From contig NC_043015.1 in the NCBI RefSeq assembly GCF_006345805.1, positions 45,632,001 through 45,696,000 on the forward strand: a stretch of 64,000 bases of DNA. Reading direction: 5' to 3'. The notes beneath the pieces were generated by a model, which saw only the letters and a program-made list of their open reading frames with translations, did no database searches and was not told the origin of the DNA. The position numbers and the translations under genes are program-made. This DNA is from Octopus sinensis. Lineage: Eukaryota. Within the stretch, counting starts at the first letter, position 1, and every line of letters begins with the position of its first letter. Positions 12,306 to 24,580 of this stretch are shown one piece after another.

Positions 12306-12484
12306 CCATACTCATTTCTACAGCTGAGTGAACTGGAGCAATGTGAAATAAAGAGTCTTGCTCAAGAACACAACATGCAGCCCAGTCTGGGATTCGAACT
12401 CACAACCTCACGATCATAAGCTCGACGCTCTAACCACTGAGCCATGCGCCTTCACTTCTAAGAAGTAAGAGGCTGGATAAAATG
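12306..12484 (-). repeat. Local duplicate of the SINE C head plus its TSD and flank (source 13715-13884)
   Basis: Both copies continue past the SINE head into cttctaagaagtaagaggct(g/a)gataaaatg. Confidence 0.75.
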
Positions 12485-12589
12485 ATTTAAAGAATTACAC
12501 AGTATGTCCTCATATCCACCTTTACCAAACTACCAAAATCATCATCACCATTTATATATTGGTTGCAAATTTTAGCACAAGGCCAACAA

Positions 12590-12850
12590 GTTTGGGGGAG
12601 GGGCTGGTTGATTATATTGACCCCAGAGCTCAACTGGTACGTACTTTATTGACTCCCAAAAGAATGAAAGGTAAAGTCGACCTCGGTGGAATTTGAACTC
12701 AGAATGTAAAGACAGATGAAATGCTGCTAAGCATTTTGCCCGGCAAGCAAACGATTCTGCCAGCTTGTGGCCTTCTTATCATTTGATAAGAAGGCCACAA
12801 GCTGGCAGAATTGTTTGCTTGCCGGGCAAAATGCTTAGCAGCATTTCATC
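12590..12850 (-). mobile_element. SINE family B whose head is duplicated as a 67-bp fold-back
   Basis: Arms 12715-12781 and 12784-12850, one mismatch, 2-nt loop. Confidence 0.85.
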
Positions 12851-13240
12851 GTCACAGATAGAGCTTTCGGAGTGACCCCGCAGCCGACACTCTGGAGCAG
12901 GAGTGAAGAACAGCTCTTTCGAGAGGTTACACTTTCCGCTTATAATGTTGTAAGCAAGAATGAGATCACCATGGCGGCGGCGTTTTTCGAGAGAATAAAG
13001 CTCTATCTGTGACGATTTCATCTCAATCGAAGGAGAGGAGCTTTCTCCGTCCAGGTTGCGGATCCGTAAAATAAGCTGCCGGACGAGATAGTGAAGATGC
13101 CGACGGCCGCTAGGTTCAAAGTCTCCCTTGATCACAAGTGGCCTGAACTCTTTACATGAACACCACCCTGTACATAACTCCATGTCCCCCTACATGGCCT
13201 TGCTTTTTGCTTTTTGAGCCAAAAAATTAACTAACTAACT
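12848..13240 (+). mobile_element. CR1-clade LINE 3' fragment with inverted 5' portion
   Basis: Minus strand 12848-13005 encodes LYSLEKRRRHGDLILAYNII...RLRGHSE. Plus strand from 12997 encodes KLYL*RFHLNRRRGAFSVQVADP*NKLPDEIV...KWPELFT*, followed by a 3'UTR and (TAAC)n tail. Confidence 0.85.
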
Positions 13241-13511
13241 ATATATTAATACAACAGTGAATTCCTACCTACCTTTAGTGCACCTCTAAGAGAAGTAACT
13301 CAGAGTAATAGAGAAATGGTAGTGGTGGTGGTGGTGGAAAAGTTGGTAGGGATAATAGTGTTGGTAATGGTGGAGAAAGATGCATGGAGAGAGGGGGGAA
13401 GGAAAAGAGAAAAGGAAGAAACGGTAGAATCAATGAAAATAAAAACAGGGAGAGAAACAGAGGGGAAGAGAGAAGGGGAAAGAGAAAGTAAGATAACGGA
13501 TTCTAAGAAGT

Positions 13512-13855
13512 TGCTGAGACCTCCTTCGGTCATGACACAGACCATGGGATTGTACCTAGAAAGTTACCCTCCCAGGCACAAGTCTGGGCAAGATTGTTTA
13601 TGGAAGACCAGCAGTTGTCCATGCATACCGGCCTCCCCTCACCACGCCGCCAGTGTTATCCAAGGGAAAGGCACAGGGGCCGATACAGCTTGGCACCTGT
13701 GTCGTCACAATACATTTCTACAACTGAGTGAACTGAAGCAACGCGAAATAAAGTGTCTTGCTCAAGAACACAACATGCAGCCCGGTCCGGTATTCGAACT
13801 CACAACCTCACGATCGTAAGCTCGACGCTCTAACCACTGAACCATGCGCCTTCAC
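13512..13855 (-). mobile_element. SINE family C, full length, 11-bp TSD
   Basis: tRNA-like head gaaggcgcatggttcagtggttagagcg...gagttcgaatacc; TSD ttctaagaagt at 13501-11 and 13856-66. Confidence 0.85.
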
Positions 13856-14364
13856 TTCTAAGAAGTAAGAGGCTAGATAAAATGGGAGTTAAAGTAAACA
13901 TGCAAAGGAAAGAGAAGTCGGTAGATTTAAACACAGAGAGTGAGGGAAGACTATGGTAGACGCAGCGAAGTTTGTGATATCACTACATCTTTAATTATCT
14001 CATTCTCTCAGTTCCCCTCTCTTTCTCTCTCTCTGCAATTGTTTGAAGTATTTTTGGAAGTGTATCATAGTTTTATTTCTCTACAAGAAAGGGAAAATAA
14101 ATACTTAATGACTAAGAGGGAGCCGGGATAAATGTAAACGGAATAAATGTAAACACACACACACACTCAATGGGCTTCCATACAGTTTCTGATTACTCAA
14201 GATATTAATGAACTCGAGGTTCTAATAGAAGACACTTGTCAAAGATGCAACGCAGTGAGACCGAACCCGGAACGACACGGTTACGGAGCAAACTTTTTAA
14301 CCATACTGCCATACCTGCCTCTAAATCATTTATATATCTATTTAGAATCCACAGGTCTCTTACT

Positions 14365-14728
14365 CTTTACTCTTTTACTTGTTTCAGTCATTTGACTGCG
14401 GCCATGCTGGAGCACCGCCTTTAATCGAGCAACTTGACCCTGGTACTTATTCTATCGGTCTCTTTTGCCGAAGCGCTAAGTAACGGGGACATAAACACAC
14501 ACACCAGCATCAGTTGTCAAGCAATGCTAGGGGGACAAACACAGACACACACATGCATATATATACATATATACGACGGGCTTCTTTCAGTTTCCGTCTA
14601 CCAAATCCACTCACAAGGCATTGGTTGGCCCGAGGCTATAGTAGAAGACACTTGCCCAAGGTGCCACGCAGTGGGACTGAACCCGGAACCATGTGGTTGG
14701 TAAACAAACTACTTACCACACAGCAACT
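14365..14728 (-). mobile_element. SINE family A
   Basis: Reverse-complement match to family A. Confidence 0.85.
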
Positions 14729-15685
14729 CCAGGTCACTGCGAAAGCTTCTATGTTTCGTTCGCTGACACTCAAGTCAGTCCAGATGATCATAATGAAAAT
14801 AAGGATAGAATACTTTGTAGTAAGATTTGCTAAAGCTTTGCTAACGTAGTTATACAGTAGCAGAATAATGTTATAGCTTGGTTATGTATTCCTCGTTGTC
14901 CTATGCTCATGATACGATATAATACTATTTTCTCAAAAGGCTGTAGCCACATAACTGAACTAGTGACAACCACTGGAAATCACAAAATCTTCCCCCAGTT
15001 GAAGCATATTTCAATTCGCTCATGCTTTTAATATCTTTGGAGGAGAAGCGTGCACGTCAGAGAATCTCTAATTACAAATGACTAGCTATTTAAATTCTGC
15101 CCCCACTAATTCAGATAAACACAAACGCAAACATACACATCATGCAGTGGTGATTAGTGGAGAGGACTTGATTCGTACCGAAAAGAACAAGCCAAGCAGT
15201 TGCATCTTTTGCAAGGCATAAAACTAGCATCCATCCATCCATCTGAGTCGCGAAAATGTTATTACTACTACGTTACATCAAACCTCCACCGTTACTACTA
15301 CATAACATTACGCAACGAGTCAACGAAAGCGTTGCTTTGTGGTCGGTCCCTCGAACAGCCCAAATTGTCCCTCAGTTCACTCCCTACAATTTTCAGTAGG
15401 AAAAGCATTGGGTAATACTTAAAAAAAAAAAAAGACGAAATGGTCACGGTTGAAACACTTGTGATCATAAACAACGAACAAACAAGGGAGCTGCTACTCG
15501 GTCGGTGAACCTGCTAGAAATAGCAGCCAAATAATACCCTTCAAATCAGAGCCTCCCAGTCTTAAAAAAAGGTACATCCTGTATTGTAGTCCTAGATATA
15601 ATAGGTATAAATATAAAACAAAATACCTTTTACCATGTATCTGCTTGATTAATGCTGACCTGAACCTAACCAATATATATATATG

Positions 15686-15724
<39 letters not shown>

Positions 15725-15828
15725 TATATATATATAGAAGGAGCTCCTTCTATATAATAAATTAATTTTACTCTGCTATGTATTGAGTACCTTATTTACT
15801 GTGGTTAACCCCGAATCAACCCGGGACC

Positions 15829-15880
<52 letters not shown>

Positions 15881-15958
15881 TGTATATGTATATATGTATG
15901 TATGCATATAAGAAAAAGAGATGACAAGGGAATAAGCGATTATCTTATGAACTTCATT

Positions 15959-16036
15959 AGCTTACACCTGTTTCTGCTAGATGCAGTGGAATCATAGTCC
16001 AGTGCCTGAGTAACACCTTATAGCTTCATCGGAGCC
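15959..16036 (-). ncRNA. Degenerate Penelope-type hammerhead ribozyme fold
   Basis: GGCT-CCGATGA-AGCTA...TAGCA-GAAA-CAGGTG-TA-AGCT: stems I, II and III are present, with core and stem substitutions. Confidence 0.4.
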
Positions 16037-16198
16037 TTAAATATGAAGTGCAATTTCTTTGGGAAAAACAATTACATATATCCATATATACATAGACAGA
16101 CATTATATTCTTGGACTTACAACTGATGCAAGATCAGAGATTTTCTATCTATCTATCTATCTATCTTGTGTGCAGCCCCGTGTGGCTAATAAAGAAAC

Positions 16199-16271
<73 letters not shown>

Positions 16272-16405
16272 ATACATACTCTATTTAAAAGCAGCAGAAA
16301 TTTAACAAAAGCTTTTGTTAAATTTCTGCTGCTTTTAAATAAAGCATATTACCCTACCTCTGGTATTTTGAGTACTCTTTTTTCCACCTTGTTTCACATT
16401 TATGT

Positions 16406-16447
<42 letters not shown>

Positions 16448-16811
16448 ATACATATATATTAGATCAAACCATTGTTACATTTCTGACAATGCTTTCTCCT
16501 ATAACGATTACATAATACAAATAAAACAAAGAGAAAAGCGACAGAACACCATTTCATGGCGGTTATGTATCACCTATGTTTATCCCATAAAACTGTTCAA
16601 AAGACCAACAACATCCGTAACCCACTTATTCTAACTGTACATAATACAAGCTTTAGCTCAAATCTATATTTAAACAACCCTTACATAACAGTAAGCTATC
16701 GTTTTCTTTTAATCTCTCATTTCCGTACTGGACAATTCACTTCATTATTTAGATTACAGTGTGAAAAATAAAAGAAACGAAACTTTAAGCAGTTTTATAT
16801 TATAGTTTTTT

Positions 16812-17248
16812 GGCGATCTTTCGTCTCTAGTAGACCTTTCCGTCGATTTCCGTAAAAAAATTTTTTTTTTTTACATATGGGCTTGCGGGAACTTTTGAAG
16901 TAATGAGAGCGAAAGAGACTAAGAGAAAGCGATTGTATTATGAGGGAAGTTCTTTTGAAGTTACCGTGCATGGGAAGCATTGATGTACATGTGTGTGTGT
17001 GGTGTGTGTTTGATGGGGTGTGGGAGACAGACAGTATGTTGTGTAAGTGAAGTGCTTCTGTTAGTGTGTGTGAAGAGACAGAGAGAGTCCATGCACGGTA
17101 ACTTCAAAAGAACTTCCCTCGACATAAAATCGCTTTCTCTTAGTCTCTTTCGCTCTCATTACTTCAAAAGTTCCCGCAAGCCCATATGTAAAAAAAAAAT
17201 TTTTTTACGGAAATCGACGGAAAGGTCTACTAGAGACGAAAGATCGCC
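16812..17248. mobile_element. Mutator (MULE)-type MITE
   Basis: ~160-bp TIRs (16812-16973 and 17089-17248) starting GGCGATC; 10-bp TSD atagtttttt at 16802-11 and 17249-58. Confidence 0.85.
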
Positions 17249-19379
17249 ATAGTTTTTTGTTTGTTTGTTATTTTTCTCAAAGAAATATTTCTTCCTGGTT
17301 TTCCATCCTAATCTCTCTTCAGACAACCATGGTTGTTTACACGGTGTTTAATTTCTGATCGTTCCTTACAAAACGATATTCCTCTACGCTTTCCATTATT
17401 CCACCTCTCCTTACCTCCCTTCCTTTGATCGCAATTAATAATCGCTTCTTTATTTGCCACAAGGACACATTATCAAGGCTATATTAATTTTCCCACCACC
17501 ACCACCACCACTATTTTGTTTCTCTTAAGATAATAGTAATGATCTCTCAATGCTAATTATTATTAGGCATTATTATGTAACCACTCAAACCGCTTCGGCT
17601 TTCACTTTTTTTATTGACTAACCCGCCCTAGCTTAATTCTATAATTCTCCTTCCTTCCTCCTCCTACGATCATTTTTACTGCTGTTTCTTTAACCTTTTC
17701 TGATTCTCTACGTCCCCTTAATACTCCTCGCCACCCGTTTTCTTTTTCTTCATTATACTCAAACCTCATTCTCAGTCTCTTCCCTTCCATTTCTGTGACC
17801 ACCTCGCCTGTTTTTTTTTCTTTCTCTTTCAACCTCTAACCTCCCCTTCTTCTATAACCTTCACCTTTTACAGCTCGTCTCTTTTCTCTCTCACTCTTTA
17901 TCTACACCTTTACTTCTCCTCCCGCTACTCCTTTAAATTTTCCCCTTTCTCTTCTTACTGATTCTTTCGCATTCTTTCTTCCCCCTCCCTCGTTATTTCC
18001 TCATACCTCCCCTTCTTTACCTCTTTATTTCCCTTCACTGCCTTTCCTCCTTGAGATATCTTTCTCGTCACATATCTTGGAGGTTCTAAGACTTGACCCA
18101 TTCTTTGAGTCTTGCATTTTCCTTGCTATATGTCTTTAGTATTTCTTTCTCACTCTCACTACCACACAACCATGTCTCTTTCCCCGTCATTTTATCATAC
18201 CCCTCTCTCTTCTCTATATATCGTTCGTTCACTCTATCTCTTTCCTTCTCAATATATTTCTCCATTTTTTTTTTAACTGTCTCATACACCTTTATATTAG
18301 CAAGAATCTTATTTCGCTATCATATTTTATGCTTTTTTTTTCTTTAAAAAAAAAAAGCCATTTCTATGGTAACGTGGAAGTTTCAATTTTCGGTTGTGAC
18401 TCACTTCGCTTACACAGTTCATGCCTTTATCAGAAAGGCATGAAAGCCACTGTACGTTTCTTCCTATTTAAGTCAATCATGACGAACCACCTTTTGATGG
18501 ATACCGTCATATACTGAAGGTCAAACAATTGACTGTTATTTACACATTAATACGTGGCAGAAGTATTTCTAATACACAACGAAATTTCGTCATTGCATTG
18601 ATCGAGAATAAAATTAATTCTCAATCTGAAATAATAATTCTCGTCTTTATTTGACATTTTCAAAGAAAATATATTTATCATTATTTATTTTTAAATCTTT
18701 CAACTTCCTTTGTAGTTTTACTAGTTTCTCTTACTGAAATAATAAGAGACAACAAAACACCATACTGCAGGTCATTTCTTTTAGTCACACAGACAGAAAG
18801 GAAAGAAAAAAAGGGGGGAAATGCATAAAATATCCCCTAAAACATGTAAAACAAGGACATGGATAATGGTCTGAAAATAGCAAAATGACTTGATTCAATG
18901 AGGAAGGATCCGGGTTGAGAGGAATGGCGAGAGTAAAATAAAAGTGATATAGTATTAAGAATGAGAGAGGGGGAAAAGAAGTGTTAAGATAAACAGTTCA
19001 GGATGTGAACGTTAATGCTGAAAGTTGTGGTGGAGGAGGAAAAGAGATGAATATTGTAGAAGGAGGAGGAAAAAGGAGAAGGGGAGGAAGAGTACAGGCA
19101 AACAGGCGAAGGGTGGTGATGTATGTTACGGAGAAGGGGATGCAGAGGGGAAACGGAAGAGGGAGAAGGAGAAAAGTGTAAGCTAAGATAAGGAGGGTTT
19201 AGTAGTGGCAAAGAAAGAGGAGAGGAGGAATAGGTGAGCGAAGGCACCACACGGGAATGTTTATAATGGTGGTAGAGGCGAAGAGAAACGAAGAGGGTAA
19301 AAAGTGTGTGAGTTGGGGGAATAGAAGGTAGGCAGACAGACAAGGAAATGATGATGGTGGTGGTAGAAAAGTATTTAGA

Positions 19380-21123
19380 GTCGACTCAACTGCACCTCCA
19401 CTCAGGCAGCGAGAAAGCTACGAATAAGTGTCTTCTCTGTCTGGCTTGCTTTTGTTTCCATTGCTCCTCAATGGCGGCTACCAAACGAATTATTATATAT
19501 CAACCAGTTTTTGAATTATAATAATAATAATAATACTATTAGTAATTAATGAGGCGCAAATACTCAAGATTTATAGAGGAAAGCAAATAGAATGTGGTAT
19601 TCATGCCTTTCTCAACGAAGGGACATAAAAGATAGATTCAACCTAAATAAATGATAATAAATAATTATTTGCTGATATATTCACTATTTCTCATTAAACT
19701 CAAATCTTTATAATTTCATTGTTCTATCGCTGTTTTTCTTTCCTCGAAAAACATATTTTCTTTTGAGTAAAAACATTTACGCATTTTTCCTAAGTGAAAT
19801 ACATATCTACATATAACTAGAATCTTCTTTTCAACCTCTGGCCAATGGTGTTCATTTACGATGGCTTGTAAATAAGGTGAAATGTTCTTTGCTTTCACTG
19901 AAACGTTTAAAATGGCTGCCAGATTACGTTTTGTCAGAAATGAATCCCGCTGCTTATCTAAAGTCTCCCTCTCCCTCCTCTCTTACTCTCTATCTATCTG
20001 TCTGCCTGTCTCTTACCTTTCCCCTCTCTGTATCATTTATAAACTGATATTTTCTCTCTCTGTCTTTCTGACTGTCTCTTTTCCTCCTCAATGCCATATC
20101 CAAAACCCCTTCCTTTCACAGAAACTGAACCAATTGATTTTCAAAATGGCTGAAAGTATTATTACAAACAATTTTTAATAGATCAATTCTAATATTTTTA
20201 ATATTTACGTTGGGGGAAGACAGCTTAGGCAGTAGTGTCGAACTAAATGCTTTACTGTATTTAGTTTCGCCTTTTTTCAATTTTTACTTCAAATCTAATC
20301 AGAGCTGACGTTTTCATCTTTGGTGAAGTATGGTCAATAGGATCAGTACCAGTAATATGCGGTGTCAATTTATGCTTCTCTATTGTATGCTTCTCCCATA
20401 CAGACGGGCTTTATGCATTGTCGAAAGGAATCAATATTTATATTTCTGCGTTTGGTGTGTGTATGAAATTAGATGTGTGTATACGTGCGTAGGTAGGTAT
20501 TACGTTGCCGCCCCTTAATGTATGTTTATATTCCTTTTCTGTTTTTATGAATGCAGTCCGTCTTTGAGAATTTCTATGAATGCGTCGTAACAGCACATGC
20601 TAAACGGATGCGAATGTGTCTGCTTGTGAAATGGTGTATCTATGTGTGTGGCGCATAAAATAAATTATTCGTCAATAAGCTGTACAGACGTCATGAACGC
20701 CAGAAGGAACAAGAAAGGGAAATTAACGTTTTTGACTTAAATTATTTGAAAGAAATAGACCTTTTTTTTTAATCGCGGAACATTTTATTCAAGTCTTCTC
20801 TCACATATTTATTTCTTCGCCAAAATAAAAATAGAAGTACAAAAAAAGCTGGTGTTAAAGAAGTGTGATATTTGTAAATGGGTTTTCGTTATCTAAAGAA
20901 GAGAAATCGATCCGTCATCAGTCTCTCTTCATTGACCATTCTTCTTCGTAAGCAGCACTGCTCTCTTTAATAATTTTGCAAGATCACTTGACTCTGTAGG
21001 CAATGAACATCTTAACCAAAGGTGGGGTTTTATGTAAGGTGAAGGTCATACATGCATACATATCTATATACGCATACACATGTGAATGTATGTTTGTGTG
21101 TGCATGTATGTATATATACATAT

Positions 21124-21165
<42 letters not shown>

Positions 21166-21350
21166 CATAAATGTGCTAATTTACCTTCAGACTACGGGTG
21201 CTCATATGGAACACATTTCTAACGAGTAAACTCTCCAGAGTGAACGAACTTACACAATGTCATCGCCATTTTGCAAACGAAGATGCCATTTTCCTGTAAT
21301 TGTTTTTACAATGTAATAAAGCGCGAGCAAAATGGTAGTGCAAGCGAAAT
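19380..21350. promoter_or_regulatory. Candidate promoter zone: CpG retained, several YY1-like ATGGC motifs
   Basis: caatggcggc ~19469, aaaatggctg ~19909 and ~20143, cgccattttg 21264-72; CpG density looks higher than in the flanks by eye. Confidence 0.35.
21254..21269 (-). CDS. Candidate 16-nt first coding exon (MAMTL-) of an unidentified gene
   Basis: caaaATGGCGATGACATTGT|GTAAGT: good start context and a consensus intronic donor; no downstream exon found. Confidence 0.25.
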
Positions 21351-21535
21351 TAATTAGATTTATTAATTGTAGTTATTTAAACATGAACATATATATATAA
21401 ATATTACTCGAGAATTATTTTTTACCGCCTTGTTTCACATTTATGTGCTTACTCTGATGTTTATACACCTGTCTTCGTCTTTTGGGGTTTCTGTAAATTT
21501 CAACTATATATATATGCGCGTGTGTATGTGTATAT

Positions 21536-21616
21536 AATAATAATAATAATAATATAATAATAATAATAATAGTAATAATAGTAATAATAATAATAGTAAT
21601 AATAGTAATAATAATA

Positions 21617-21667
<51 letters not shown>

Positions 21668-21712
21668 GTAATAATAGTAATAATAATAATAGTAATAATA
21701 GTAATAATAATA

Positions 21713-21762
<50 letters not shown>
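21536..21762 (+). repeat. (TAA)n microsatellite with TAG interruptions
   Basis: Direct reading; it is the source of the poly-Leu ORF. Confidence 0.95.
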
Positions 21763-21763
<1 letters not shown>

Positions 21764-22480
21764 GGGAGTATAACTCCAAGCTTACAGGGAAAAATTCAAT
21801 TTAGTATTAAATCAAATTTCACAATATAAATATATAATATATATGAATTAGAGAAAAATTTTCTTTATGATTTGGTTTATGTCTATCATTGTTTGAATTG
21901 CATAATAGTAGTTTTTCTCTAATTTATATATATATGTAAATTTAAAGAAAACATTGATGAACAACAATTGATTTGCGTCACTTATTATTCATTAATAATT
22001 TACAAAAAGACTGCATCCCAGCTAACAGCTGTTTCTGCTGCCACTGTTCTTTGGAATAACCATTATGATGCTAAGAAAGTATTTATTATAGTATGGTAAT
22101 AAAACTGATTTGAATCATGGAGCTTCATCAGATGGGAAAATAAATAAATAAATTAGACAAGGAAAGAAGAAGGAAGGATTGAATATGGTGAGAGTCATGT
22201 CATGTTGCATGTAGAGCCATTGGGTGATAAGTAAATGACCAAAATTTAAAATAAAAGGGGTATTTGGTGGGATTGCAAATCAATTATTGTTCATCTATGT
22301 TGTCTCCATTTTCTGTTTTCTTTAAATTTTGATTCCTGATAAACTCCTGTTTAACTCTGGCTTTACCTATAATTTATGAGCGTAACACTTTTGCCCATGT
22401 ATAAATATAGGTAATATACTGGTAGTATTTTGGATACTTTTATCCCTTAGATGGTTATTTTAACCTCTAACTCAACTAAC

Positions 22481-22514
<34 letters not shown>

Positions 22515-22519
<5 letters not shown>

Positions 22520-23010
22520 GAATTGTTCCAGTTAACATGATTTTTTGCATGTCCTGTAGGGATGGTAAGCCTGGCATCATTTTCAAATAAGTTTCAGTAC
22601 CTATTTTTTTTCTATCATTCCTAGAGATCTTACAATCACTAGTACTGTAGTCGCCTTGAGATGCCACATTTTTTCAATTTATATTAGTAAGGTTTTATAT
22701 TTACTGACCTTGTCAAATTCTTTTGCTGCTATATTGTGATCGCAAAGAATACTCATGTCAATTAATAAACGCACCTTTTTTGTCTGATCTTTTATAATAA
22801 TATCTGGTTTATTAGCTTTTATAGTTTTTTCGATATGTACGGTGGGGGGGAAGTCCCAGAGAATTGACACATTTTATCTCTCAGTCACAGCTTCAGGATA
22901 GTATTTATACCATTTGTCAGTGGGGTTTTGATTTTATAATGCTGACATATTGTCCAATGTAAATACTGGCCGACTCTGTCATGTCTTGCTTTATATTCTA
23001 CAGGTGCTAA
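22515..23010 (-). mobile_element. R4/Dong-like non-LTR retrotransposon 3' fragment (restriction-like endonuclease)
   Basis: RHDRVGQYLHWTICQHYKIK...SILWDFP...ANKPDIIIKD...LLIDMSI...KYK...GTETYLKMMPGLPSLQDMQKIMLTG, frameshifted. Confidence 0.8.
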
Positions 23011-24399
23011 GACTCTACACCGAGATTAGGTAGTCTATAGTTTCAATCTTATTGTTAGAGAATTGGCATTTTGGGTCAGCTCCATTTTTTATTACATTGG
23101 CTTGGTAGTTCCGGGTTAATAAGCGTTGGTTGTTATTATTCTTGTTGTTGTTGTTATTATTATTATTATTATTATTTTAGGGGAAGGTAGAAGTCGATTA
23201 CACTGATTCCAGTGCTCAATTCCTACTTAATTTATTGACCCCAAAAGGATGAAAAGATGAGACTGACTTTGCCTTGCACCCTTTTGGAGGTCAATAAAAG
23301 AAGTACCAGTCAAGTACTGAAGGCAATGTAATTCAATCAACAACCTCACTCTAAAATTATTAGCCTTCTGCCAAAATTTGGAATCATTATTTGTATTAAG
23401 TATTGACAGAGTCATTAAAGTGTCAGAGAAAATGCTTTGCAGTGTTTGTTCTGGTTCTTTATGTTCTGATTTCAAACCACACTGAAGTTATCTTTGCCTT
23501 TCATGCTTCTGAGTTTGATAAAAATAAATTAAAGTAGTCACCAAACGGTGGGATTGATGGAAGCAATCAACCATTTCCCCCTTAAAATTGCTGGCCTTGT
23601 ACCCAAATCAGAGCCCGGTTGCTTGGCTTTTGAAATGTCATCAAGCATTCACAGCTCGCAACCAGTCAAGCAATGTTGTTAATGGTTTAAATACTGAAGG
23701 GTTAGGCAACATATATATTTGCCTAAAAAGGAGAACTAGTCTAGGCCTAGCTGTTGGGGGTGCTTGTCTCCCCTTCATAAATATAAGGACACAGGAAATG
23801 TGTCAAAGCCGACAGGAAGCATCGATGCTTCCTAGGGCTAAATAGCGGTGGTGTAATTCCCTTTATGGGACTGTCACATTAAGTTGACAGTATACAACTG
23901 CTCTAGTCTACATTATTGAATGCAAATGAAGTCACAGGTGTTATACCAGAGTTTACCTTCTCCTAGAGAGATGTCTAAGCAAAGATCAAGGGTTTTTTTC
24001 TTTCCAAGCTGTTGGATGGCCTTTGACTCAACTGAATTCATCTGCCTTTCAACAGGTTTTGTTTCTCATCCTGCTGAATGTCAAACGAAATCCACCCTCC
24101 TTACCAAGCAGGCTTGGTTGTGTTGCTGGTTTGGTTGCTGATGGCCTGACCATACAGCAAGTTGTACTGGGTTATATGTTATTAATAGCACTATAAGAAA
24201 TGTGATGTCTCTAACTTTTCAAAGAATATAAATACACTTTGTGAAGTGAAATGTCTTTGACTAGAAATCAAACTAAATTGGGAATCCTGTCTATTCAGAG
24301 CTTAACTCTAATTTATCAAAGCCTATGGGACAGGCATAAATATTACAACAGCCAATCAGTAAGTGAAAATCCAGAGGGAAGGTCCCTAAGGCAGATATA

Positions 24400-24580
24400 T
24401 ATGCAGCGGCCATGTTCGGATAGTTCTCTTATGTGCCACCGCTACAATTTCCATTGATGTTGATCGATTTCGATTCTCACTTGCCTCAACAGGTCTTCAC
24501 AAGTAGAGTTTTGTGTCCCAAGAAGGAAAGGTATGCATAAGTGGACTGGCTACATCCCAGGTAGAGGCCACAGGTTATGG
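24400..24580 (-). mobile_element. Upstream part of element D
   Basis: Reverse complement contains cttgtgaagacctgttgaggcaagtg and catcaatggaaattg, as in the 6.5-8.3 kb array. Confidence 0.7.

Noticed and set aside
14434-14849. Recurrent [35 protein letters not shown] peptides resembling a gene family
   Set aside because: Antisense translation of SINE A; such peptides often contaminate gene predictions.
20900-21050. RCSLPTESSDLAKLLKRAVLL, faintly like a Helitron helicase
   Set aside because: Too short, and the following WDE motif is absent.
21504-21779. Poly-Leu ORF
   Set aside because: Translation of (TAA)n.
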